Below, piece after piece: positions 1 to 6,659 of a stretch of 14,923 bases of DNA (its first letter is position 1; the number at the start of each line of letters is the position of its first letter). The stretch is taken from NCBI GenBank assembly GCA_037442825.1, contig JBBIPN010000030.1, positions 1 to 14,923 of the forward strand, in the 5' to 3' direction. This DNA is from Sulfurihydrogenibium sp. (GTDB lineage Bacteria > Aquificota > Aquificia > Aquificales > Hydrogenothermaceae). The position numbers and the translations under genes are program-made. The notes under the pieces are model-generated. The model did no database searches and was not told the DNA's origin. It was given only the letters and a program-made list of their open reading frames with translations.

Positions 1-38
1 TTTCCACCGCCTGCAGATACTAAAAAACACAGTTTCAT
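1..38 (-). CDS. 5' end of a gene running off the window; possibly a PurN-like (sugar) formyltransferase
   Basis: ATG at 38-36 preceded by AAGGGG. Reads MKLCFLVSAGGG, which resembles the N-terminal strand plus Gly-rich loop of GART-fold formyltransferases. Only 12 codons are visible. Confidence 0.35.
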   Translation of the reverse strand, partial: MKLCFLVSAGGG

Positions 39-39
39 A

Positions 40-114
40 TTAACCCCTTGTATCAAACAAATTTATTAGTTGTTCTTTTAACCTCTCTTCCGAAAAATAA
101 TTCTTTACAATTTC
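40..114 (-). pseudogene. Orphan C-terminal remnant of a deleted gene, probably a glycosyltransferase
   Basis: Startless open frame EIVKNYFSEERLKEQLINLFDTRG* ends 1 nt before the next ATG. It resembles the C-terminal helix of GT-B glycosyltransferases. The coupled ATG at 116-114 stops almost at once (ATG AAA TTG TAA). Confidence 0.35.
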
Positions 115-928
115 ATGATTTTTTCTCAGCAATGGCAAGCAAACTTCCACCTACTAAATTAGGCAAAAAGTTATGTATTGAATTTTCTATTCTAACAATC
201 TTTAGTAATATTTTATTAACTATTGGATTTATATATAGATATATGTCATATTCTTCCTGCTTTACAGGATTTCTGTTATCTTTATGTAAAAATTCTCGCA
301 ATATAAGAAGTGGGAGAATACTTGAAAAGAAATATTTTGTTTCAATTACTTTAAACCCAGTATCTTTAAGTTTTTTTGTTAGTTGTTTTTTTGAATATCT
401 AATTTTATGACAAGCAATTGCATCATAACGACTCCATAACCACATATGGGCAGGAACTGTCAGAATTATTTTACCTTTATCACGAAGCATTTTATATACA
501 TTTAATAACGCAGAATAATCATCGGAAATATGCTCTAAAACATCAAACATACACACAGCGTCAAATTCCTTTTCAAAAGGACTATCTAACAAATCAAACT
601 GATAACATTCTTCAATGCCATAGCTTTTTGCAAATAAAAGACCATTTAAATGCATTTCTCCGACACATATATTAATAAATCCATTTTCTCTTAGATAACG
701 AGCGATATTGCCAGTACCTGCTCCTATTTCTATTATTTTATCATTTTTTCTTAAATATTTATTTACTTTTTTAAGTATAAATTCTTTTCTTGTAATAAAC
801 CAGAAATGCTTTTCTTCATTTTTAAATAGAATTTCCAGCCCCTTAGCATTATAATCTCGATGATTATTCTGGATGTTTTTATTAAAGATTTTAATTCCAT
901 ATAATTCTTTATATTTTTTTGTAATCAT
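113..928 (-). CDS. Class I SAM-dependent methyltransferase (polysaccharide-locus type)
   Basis: 271 aa. Motif I IIEIGAGTG, post-II FDAVCMFDVLEHI, and VPAHMWLWSRYD..H.IRY typical of glycosylation-locus methyltransferases. Confidence 0.85.
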   Translation of the reverse strand: MITKKYKELYGIKIFNKNIQNNHRDYNAKGLEILFKNEEKHFWFITRKEFILKKVNKYLRKNDKIIEIGAGTGNIARYLRENGFINICVGEMHLNGLLFAKSYGIEECYQFDLLDSPFEKEFDAVCMFDVLEHISDDYSALLNVYKMLRDKGKIILTVPAHMWLWSRYDAIACHKIRYSKKQLTKKLKDTGFKVIETKYFFSSILPLLILREFLHKDNRNPVKQEEYDIYLYINPIVNKILLKIVRIENSIHNFLPNLVGGSLLAIAEKKS

Positions 929-929
929 C

Positions 930-1298
930 TTACCCCTTATTTACAAATACAACTCCTATTAATATTAACACTATTCCTAATAATTTATAAAAGTTAATAT
1001 TTTCATTTAAAAATACAATGGCTGATATACTGGTTAATAAAACCAAGCCGCTTACAATTAAAGGATATGCCTTAGATAAATCAATCTCAGCCACTGCTGC
1101 CATCCAGAACAAAGAAGCTATAAAAGCGGATATAAAACCACTAAATATATATGGATCCAGAAGGAGTTTGATTAAAAACGTCATTTTTTTTAAAAAATCA
1201 TCTGGTAATGAGCTATACTTATCAATACGCCATTTCAATATCAATTGCCCATATATTGTAAAAATTACTGTCCCGACTATATTCAGATATACTTTCAT
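930..1298 (-). CDS. Small multi-pass EamA/SMR-like membrane protein (ArnE/ArnF-like flippase candidate)
   Basis: 122 aa with about 4 hydrophobic segments, GQLILKW, LSKAYP and FLNENINFYKLLGIVLILIGV. AAGGA RBS upstream. Confidence 0.75.
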   Translation of the reverse strand: MKVYLNIVGTVIFTIYGQLILKWRIDKYSSLPDDFLKKMTFLIKLLLDPYIFSGFISAFIASLFWMAAVAEIDLSKAYPLIVSGLVLLTSISAIVFLNENINFYKLLGIVLILIGVVFVNKG

Positions 1299-1394
1299 AA
1301 TTTTTTTATCCTTTCTAAATCAAATTTTTAAATCTAGTAGATTATTCAAATATATTCTTTTATTTATAAACAAGAAATCAACCGTTTTATCATT

Positions 1395-2318
1395 TTATTT
1401 TGATTCATATATTCTTCTTATTATAGTGTAAGGTCTCTTTTTTGTTTCTATAAATATTTTTGATATATATATACCCAAAAATCCTAAAAATGTCAATATA
1501 GTTCCACCAAAAAACCATATAGAAACTATCAACGATGTCCAACCTACTATAGGAGTATTAAAAACTAACTTTTTTATAATCACCAAAAGTAAAAAAACAA
1601 AAGATAACACGCTAATTATAAAACCTAAATAAAAAACTAATTTTAGTATATAATCTGAAAATGACGTTATAGCAGTAAATAACATTGATATTTTACGGCC
1701 TAAATTGTACGTTGTACTACCTTTACTGTGTTTGTTAACTATTAAATTTTTTTGTTTAAAACCTGTTAATGCAAATAAACCAAACAAAAAAACCTCTCTC
1801 TCTTTTTGCAAAGTCAAAGCCTTAACATAATTTTTAGTCATTAATCTTGCTGTTATTGCATTTTTTGGAATTTTTATATCACTTAAATAGTTAAATAAAG
1901 TATAAAATAATTCTCCACTCCATTTTTCAAACCACCGTCCTTTTCTTTTTTCTTGAATTCCATATACTACATCTATATCGTCATATTTATGAAATTCCTC
2001 CCAAAACCTACTTAAAAGTTCTGGTGGTTCTTCAAGGTCACTATCAATAAGAAATATGTATTCACCTTTTGCATGTTCTAGACCAGTAATGATTGCTTTA
2101 TGATGCCCAAAATTTCGAGATAACTCTATCACTTTTACTTTTTTATCTTTTTTGTATAACTCTATAGCTTTATGTAGACTATCATCGGGACTACCATCAT
2201 CTACAAATATAATCTCATAGTCTGCAGTTATTTTTTCTGCTTCTTTTGAAATCCTTTTATAAAACTCTTCTATATAAGGAGATGACTTATATAATGTGGT
2301 TACAATTGAAAGCTTCAC
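1395..2318 (-). CDS. Glycosyltransferase family 2, polyprenol-phosphate type (GtrB/ArnC-like)
   Basis: FVDDGSPD, SRNFGHHKA, DxD motif (IDSDLEEPP) and two C-terminal TM helices. Start reassigned to GTG at 2318 (MKLSIVTTLY), which has a GAGG RBS and a GTGA overlap with the upstream stop; 307 aa. Confidence 0.9.
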   Translation of the reverse strand: MKLSIVTTLYKSSPYIEEFYKRISKEAEKITADYEIIFVDDGSPDDSLHKAIELYKKDKKVKVIELSRNFGHHKAIITGLEHAKGEYIFLIDSDLEEPPELLSRFWEEFHKYDDIDVVYGIQEKRKGRWFEKWSGELFYTLFNYLSDIKIPKNAITARLMTKNYVKALTLQKEREVFLFGLFALTGFKQKNLIVNKHSKGSTTYNLGRKISMLFTAITSFSDYILKLVFYLGFIISVLSFVFLLLVIIKKLVFNTPIVGWTSLIVSIWFFGGTILTFLGFLGIYISKIFIETKKRPYTIIRRIYESK

Positions 2319-2620
2319 TTTATTACCTCTATAAAAATTGATTTTATCTGAAAACAAATGAAAATTTTAAACCTTTTGATAGCTTTTTCTACAGCTGTTT
2401 TTGAACCTTCAATACCGTATACACTAAAGCCTTCTCTTGCTAAATACCAAAGGTTAGCCCCTGTTCCAAAACCTAACTCCAATATCTTTATTTCTTTTCT
2501 ATTAGGAACATTATAAAAATTTTTTGCTACAAATCTAACTAATGGAATAGGGGGATATTTACCCCATTCCTTATTTTGGAAAATATTTTCCCAAATTTTT
2601 AAATTTTCTTTTTCCTTCAT
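2315..2620 (-). pseudogene. Truncated or internally deleted class I SAM-dependent methyltransferase
   Basis: 101 aa containing WGKYP, motif I ILELGFGTGANLW and acidic strand VYGIEGS. The rest of the fold is missing after about residue 84. Confidence 0.65.
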
Positions 2621-3759
2621 ACCACCACCCCACTTGGCAAATTTACTAATCTTTCTTCTATATATTCTGCATTTTGTGTTTCTATTTTAAAGCAATCTTT
2701 ATACATGGGTAATTTATACATCAAAGTCCAAGCTGGTCTGGTTAGTACTCCATTTTTATTGGAATATTCTAAAAATTCATCTCGTTGTTTTTTGTTTTCA
2801 AATAAAATAGCATTAAGCCAGTAATTAGATTGGGAATATTCTGATTCTTCTATAAATTTTATATCTTTAAAATTCTTAAAAAATTCTTTATATGTTTTTG
2901 CAATCTGTCTTTTTATTTCTAAAAATTTAGGTAATTGTTCCATCTGTGCAAGCCCAATAGCTGCATTAATATTTGGCATTCTGTAATTATAGCCTACTTC
3001 GTCATGATAGTATTCATATTGATGGGGTACTTTGGCAGTAGTTGTTATATGTTTTGCTCTTTTTACCATTTTTTCATCGTTGGTTAAAATCATTCCACCG
3101 CCACCAGTAGTTATAATTTTGTTACCATTAAAACTAAGTATCCCTATTTTACCAAATGTGCCAGTATGTTTATTTTTATAAAAACTACCTAAACTTTCTG
3201 CTGCATCTTCTATTACAGGAATATTATATTTTTCGCATAAGCTTACAATATCTTCTATCTCGCATGGATGTCCAAATGTATGCATAGGCACACAAGCTTT
3301 AACCTTTCTTTTCGTCTCTTTATTAATAAGATACCCATCTTTATTTACATAAGTATGATTCTTAAAAAAGTATTCAAGACTTTCTGGAGCCATGCCAAGA
3401 GTATTTTTTGAAATATCTACAAATACTGGTTCCGCTCCTGCGTATTTTATAGCATTACAGGTAGCAACAAATGTTAAAGGTTGGGTAATTACTTCATCTT
3501 CTCTTTCAACACCTACCAACAATAAAGCTATGTGTAGTGCAGATGTTCCATTTACTGTAGCTATAGCATATTTAGAACCTGTAAACTGTTCTATGGCTTT
3601 TTCTAATTTATCAACAAATTCTCCAACATACGAAACATAAGTAGAGTCTAAGCATTTTAAAAGATAATCCTTTTCTTTACCGATAAAAACAGGCTCATGT
3701 AATGGGATAAAATCTCTTTTATATAAGCTTTTAATAAAGTTTATTATTTCATTAAACAT
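2617..3759 (-). CDS. legC: LegC-family PLP-dependent sugar aminotransferase (DegT/DnrJ/EryC1/StrS superfamily)
   Basis: 380 aa. IPLHEP, VNGTSALH, EDAAESLGS, SFNGNKIITTGGGG (PLP lysine), GYNYRMPNINAA, NLPS C-terminus. Confidence 0.87.
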   Translation of the reverse strand: MFNEIINFIKSLYKRDFIPLHEPVFIGKEKDYLLKCLDSTYVSYVGEFVDKLEKAIEQFTGSKYAIATVNGTSALHIALLLVGVEREDEVITQPLTFVATCNAIKYAGAEPVFVDISKNTLGMAPESLEYFFKNHTYVNKDGYLINKETKRKVKACVPMHTFGHPCEIEDIVSLCEKYNIPVIEDAAESLGSFYKNKHTGTFGKIGILSFNGNKIITTGGGGMILTNDEKMVKRAKHITTTAKVPHQYEYYHDEVGYNYRMPNINAAIGLAQMEQLPKFLEIKRQIAKTYKEFFKNFKDIKFIEESEYSQSNYWLNAILFENKKQRDEFLEYSNKNGVLTRPAWTLMYKLPMYKDCFKIETQNAEYIEERLVNLPSGVVV

Positions 3760-3767
3760 TGTTTCCT

Positions 3768-4973
3768 CTACATTTTATCATCTAAATACTTTCCTAAATC
3801 TTTATAATCAAGTTCGTCACCTAAAACCATACTAAACAATTCAACTAAATCCGACTTATTCCAACCTTTTTCTTTAAAAAATTTAATCTTTTTTTTAAAT
3901 TCAATAAGTTTATCTTTATTATAAGTTGCTTTTGATTTAATGATATCTATATCTAAAAATTTATTTCTTTCAATTAAATCATTGTCCGTATAAAACTCCT
4001 CAATTTCTTTTTCACCGGTAGTATCGCTGGCAGAAAAATAGCACGGCCATTTGCCACTTTGAGGTAAAGTTTTAACAAGTTCTCTTGCTTGTTCTTCCGA
4101 AGAGCAAAAAAATGGTTCATAACCATAATTTTTTAGTAATTTTATGGCTATTTCGTCAAATCCTATGGGTTTAAGTTTTTCTATTTTAGGAATAAAAATA
4201 TCTCTATTATCGCCTAAAATTAATGCTAACAGACAAAGTCTTCCTGACTCTTCTTTTGTTATAAAATATCTTTTAACATCATTCGGCGCAGAAATTGGTT
4301 GATTTTTTTCCAATCTATACAGGAAACTCTGTGGAAGAGAACCATCTGAAAAAAGTACATTAGCAAAACGAGCAGTCGTTATATCTATATCTTTACTTTT
4401 TTCCATTAAAAAAAGCTCCATTATTCTTTTTGAAGCCCCCATAAGATTTACTGGTTTTGTTGCTTTATCTGTAGATACACAGAAATATTTCTTTACTCTT
4501 TTTTTTATACATTGTTCCAATGTTTTTTCTGTATTTAAAATGTTTACTTCTATCATTCTCATTAATGTAAATGGATCTTTTTCGCTTCTAACATGTTTTA
4601 GTGCAGAAAAATTTAGAACATAATCGTATCTGCCATAGTTTTCAAAAAATCTATCATAAATACCTGTTCCAATATCAAGTGCAAAGGTTTTAAATTCTCC
4701 ATCGATATAACCTATTGAACTTCTTAAATCTCTAACAAGTTCAGTAAGTCCATTTTCACTTATATCTACTACATGAAGTACTCTAGGATTTCTTTCGAAT
4801 ATTTCTCTTACCACTGCACTTCCAATAGAACCAGCTCCACCTATGACTAAAAAAGAGGAATTTGAAATAATATATTTTATTTCTTCTAAATTATTGTTAA
4901 TATCCCTATTAAATAACTCTATATTTCTATTTATAAATTCATACATCTTTGTTTTATCTGCAAAAATAAACAT
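3768..4973 (-). CDS. NDP-GlcNAc 4,6-dehydratase, LegB-like
   Basis: 401 aa. GGAGSIG Rossmann motif, SALKHVRSEKDPFTLMRM, VSTDKA..PVNLMGASKR, ARFANV.FSDGSL. Lies directly upstream of the legC-like gene. Confidence 0.85.
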   Translation of the reverse strand: MFIFADKTKMYEFINRNIELFNRDINNNLEEIKYIISNSSFLVIGGAGSIGSAVVREIFERNPRVLHVVDISENGLTELVRDLRSSIGYIDGEFKTFALDIGTGIYDRFFENYGRYDYVLNFSALKHVRSEKDPFTLMRMIEVNILNTEKTLEQCIKKRVKKYFCVSTDKATKPVNLMGASKRIMELFLMEKSKDIDITTARFANVLFSDGSLPQSFLYRLEKNQPISAPNDVKRYFITKEESGRLCLLALILGDNRDIFIPKIEKLKPIGFDEIAIKLLKNYGYEPFFCSSEEQARELVKTLPQSGKWPCYFSASDTTGEKEIEEFYTDNDLIERNKFLDIDIIKSKATYNKDKLIEFKKKIKFFKEKGWNKSDLVELFSMVLGDELDYKDLGKYLDDKM

Positions 4974-5104
4974 TACCCATCAAATTCCTTTATTCTTTGT
5001 ATAATTTGCTATACTGTATCTTCTTTAATCAATGGTTCTATTGATAGACTTATTATATTTTTAGATGCTATTTCGATAAATTCTAAGGTGCTAAATGCCT
5101 CCAT
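4973..5104 (-). pseudogene. C-terminal remnant of a DegT/DnrJ-family aminotransferase
   Basis: Frame reads MEAFSTLEFIEIASKNIISLSIEPLIKEDTV*QIIQRIKEFDG*, resembling the family ending E.AS..ILSLP..P......V..I...IKEF. Internal TAG at 5011-5009. The final TAA overlaps the next ATG (TAATG). Confidence 0.5.
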
Positions 5105-5115
5105 TGTTCATCTCA

Positions 5116-6309
5116 TTACCCTTTTGCAGTATAAAACACATCTCTATAGATCATTTTTACCCCTTCCTCTAAACTAATCTTAGGTTCCCAACCCAGAGTC
5201 TTTATCCTGCCTACATCCAGAAGCTTTCTTGGTGTACCATCAGGTTTTGAAGTATCCCACACAATTTCACCTTTAAAACCAATAATATTTTTAATTATAT
5301 ATGATAAATTTTTAATGGTCAAGTCTTCGCCACTACCAAGATTTACAAAATAGTCATTACAAATTTTGCCCATTTCTTCAGCTTGCACATTTTCCATTAA
5401 ATATATACAACCATCAGCAGCATCATCAACATGTAAAAATTCTCGATATGGAGAACCACTTCCCCAGAGTGTGACGGTGACAGATGATAAGTGACGGGTA
5501 ACAGGTGACAAGTGACAGGTAATACCAAGTTTGGATAATATTTCTATAACTTCTTTTTTATCTGGGTTATCAGATAGAGTAAGCCCGAATCCGATGGGAC
5601 GAATTTTCAAATCTTTTATTATTCCTTCAAAATTTTCCTCTTCAAGCATCTTTGCAAGGTGAAATTTTCTTATTAATGCTGGTAATACGTGAGATGTTTC
5701 TAAATTGAAATTGTCATTTGGGCCATAGAGATTTGTAGGCATTACTGATATAAAGTTTGTGCCATATTGTTGATTATAATACCTACAAAGTTTAATAGCA
5801 GAGATCTTTGCTATGGCATAAGGTTCATTTGTAGGTTCAAGCTCTCCGGTAAGTAAATATTCTTCTTTCATAGGTTGGGGAGCAAATTTTGGATAAATAC
5901 AGGAAGAACCAAGATTAAGAAGTTTTTTAACTCCGTATTTATAAGCCATATGGATAACATTTAAAGCTATTGCCATATTTTCATAAATAAATTCTGCTTT
6001 ATATGTATTGTTTGCAAGTATACCACCAACCTTTGCGGCAGCAAGAAATACGTATTCAGGTCTGTGTTCACGGAAGAATTGCTCAGTGGCTGATTGGTTG
6101 GTTAGGTCAAGTTTAACGAATGTGACGAGTGACGAGTAACTAGTGAAAGATGAAGGATGGCGGATGTGATAGTTAGAAATTATGTTTTTATAACCTTTTT
6201 CTATGAGCTTTTTTATAATAGCAGCCCCTACCATTCCGGTACCACCAGCTACAAAAATCTTAGAGACGGGTGACAGGTGACAGGTGACAGGTAATGGGTG
6301 ATTAAACAT
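5116..6309 (-). CDS. fcl: GDP-L-fucose synthase with three repeat-derived in-frame segments
   Basis: 397 aa. GGTGMVG, FLAAAKVGGI, LGSSCIYPK, YAIAK catalytic motif, PTNLYGPNDNF, KPDGTPRKLLD. Downstream of gmd. Confidence 0.93.
   Translation of the reverse strand: MFNHPLPVTCHLSPVSKIFVAGGTGMVGAAIIKKLIEKGYKNIISNYHIRHPSSFTSYSSLVTFVKLDLTNQSATEQFFREHRPEYVFLAAAKVGGILANNTYKAEFIYENMAIALNVIHMAYKYGVKKLLNLGSSCIYPKFAPQPMKEEYLLTGELEPTNEPYAIAKISAIKLCRYYNQQYGTNFISVMPTNLYGPNDNFNLETSHVLPALIRKFHLAKMLEEENFEGIIKDLKIRPIGFGLTLSDNPDKKEVIEILSKLGITCHLSPVTRHLSSVTVTLWGSGSPYREFLHVDDAADGCIYLMENVQAEEMGKICNDYFVNLGSGEDLTIKNLSYIIKNIIGFKGEIVWDTSKPDGTPRKLLDVGRIKTLGWEPKISLEEGVKMIYRDVFYTAKG
5477..5518. repeat. 7-bp tandem array inside fcl
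   Basis: + strand: GTGACAG ATGATAA GTGACGG GTAACAG GTGACAA GTGACAG, with a 6-nt GTGACG at 5471-5476. Translated within ITCHLSPVTRHLSSVTVT. Confidence 0.9.
6122..6163. repeat. Degenerate 7-bp tandem array inside fcl
   Basis: + strand: GTGACGA GTGACGA GTAACTA GTGAAAG ATGAAGG ATGGCGG. Translated within IRHPSSFTSYSSLVT. Confidence 0.8.
6263..6304. repeat. 7-bp tandem array at the fcl 5' end / four-helix-bundle 3' end
   Basis: + strand: GAGACGG GTGACAG GTGACAG GTGACAG GTAATGG GTGATTA, with three perfect units at 6270-6290. Translated as NHPLPVTCHLSPVS. Confidence 0.92.
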
Positions 6310-6629
6310 TTTTTATCCCTTTCTTTAATAAGTTTATTAAATCTAAAATCATTTTTTGTACTTCATAACCTATGTTTTTTGGTATTGTCAACTTTGTTTC
6401 TAGTTCAGATAGTGGGACAAGACTTACACATAAATACCGAATAAATTCTCTTTTACTTCTACTCGCTGCTCTTTCTGCTATGTTTGTTGGTATTGAAATA
6501 GGTGTTCTTCTTATCTGCAAAGTTATCCCATATACCTCCTCTTTAGGAAATTTTTTAGTTTACTCATAAATTTCCATTACAAGTTTAATGTTTTTCTCCC
6601 AAATATCCATCTCTATGACTATTTACCAT
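6302..6629 (-). pseudogene. Four-helix-bundle protein (23S rRNA IVS protein / bAvd-like family), inactivated
   Basis: Reconstructed as MVNSHRD/DIWEKNIKLVMEIYE*TKKFPKEEVYGITLQIRRTPISIPTNIAERAASRSKREFIRYL...SELETKL. This matches the family pattern FP.EE.YGL.SQ.RR...SIP.NIAEG. Frameshift near 6608 and in-frame TAA at 6562-6560. Confidence 0.85.
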
Positions 6630-6659
6630 CTCTTGTCACTTCTCACTGTCACTTGCCAA
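6626..6659. repeat. 7-bp tandem array in inverted orientation at the gmd 3' end / four-helix-bundle 5' end
   Basis: + strand CCATCTC TTGTCAC TTCTCAC TGTCAC TTGCCAA, i.e. minus strand TTGGCAA GTGACA GTGAGAA GTGACAA GAGATGG. Contains the gmd TGA and the pseudogene ATG. Confidence 0.75.

Noticed and set aside
1299..1408. Short minus-strand frame MNQNKMIKRLISCL* overlapping the GT2 end, possibly another deletion scar
   Set aside because: Too short, with no recognisable family similarity.
2319..2357. Longer TTG start for the GT2 given in the ORF track
   Set aside because: GTG at 2318 has an RBS, a stop/start overlap and gives the typical MKLSIV N-terminus.
1184..4506. T8 homopolymers (1184-1191, 4499-4506) as phase-variable tracts
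   Set aside because: Runs of this length are common in such AT-rich DNA and both genes are in frame.
5520..5650. Long insertion in Fcl after RKFHLAK
   Set aside because: As I recall, a similar non-repetitive insertion occurs in a subfamily of Fcl proteins. Only the heptamer part next to it is unusual.
6302..6520. 72-aa ORF as an intact gene
   Set aside because: Family similarity continues upstream through a stop and a frameshift to 6629. Restart at TTG 6520 behind the internal AGGAGG cannot be excluded but would lack the first helix.
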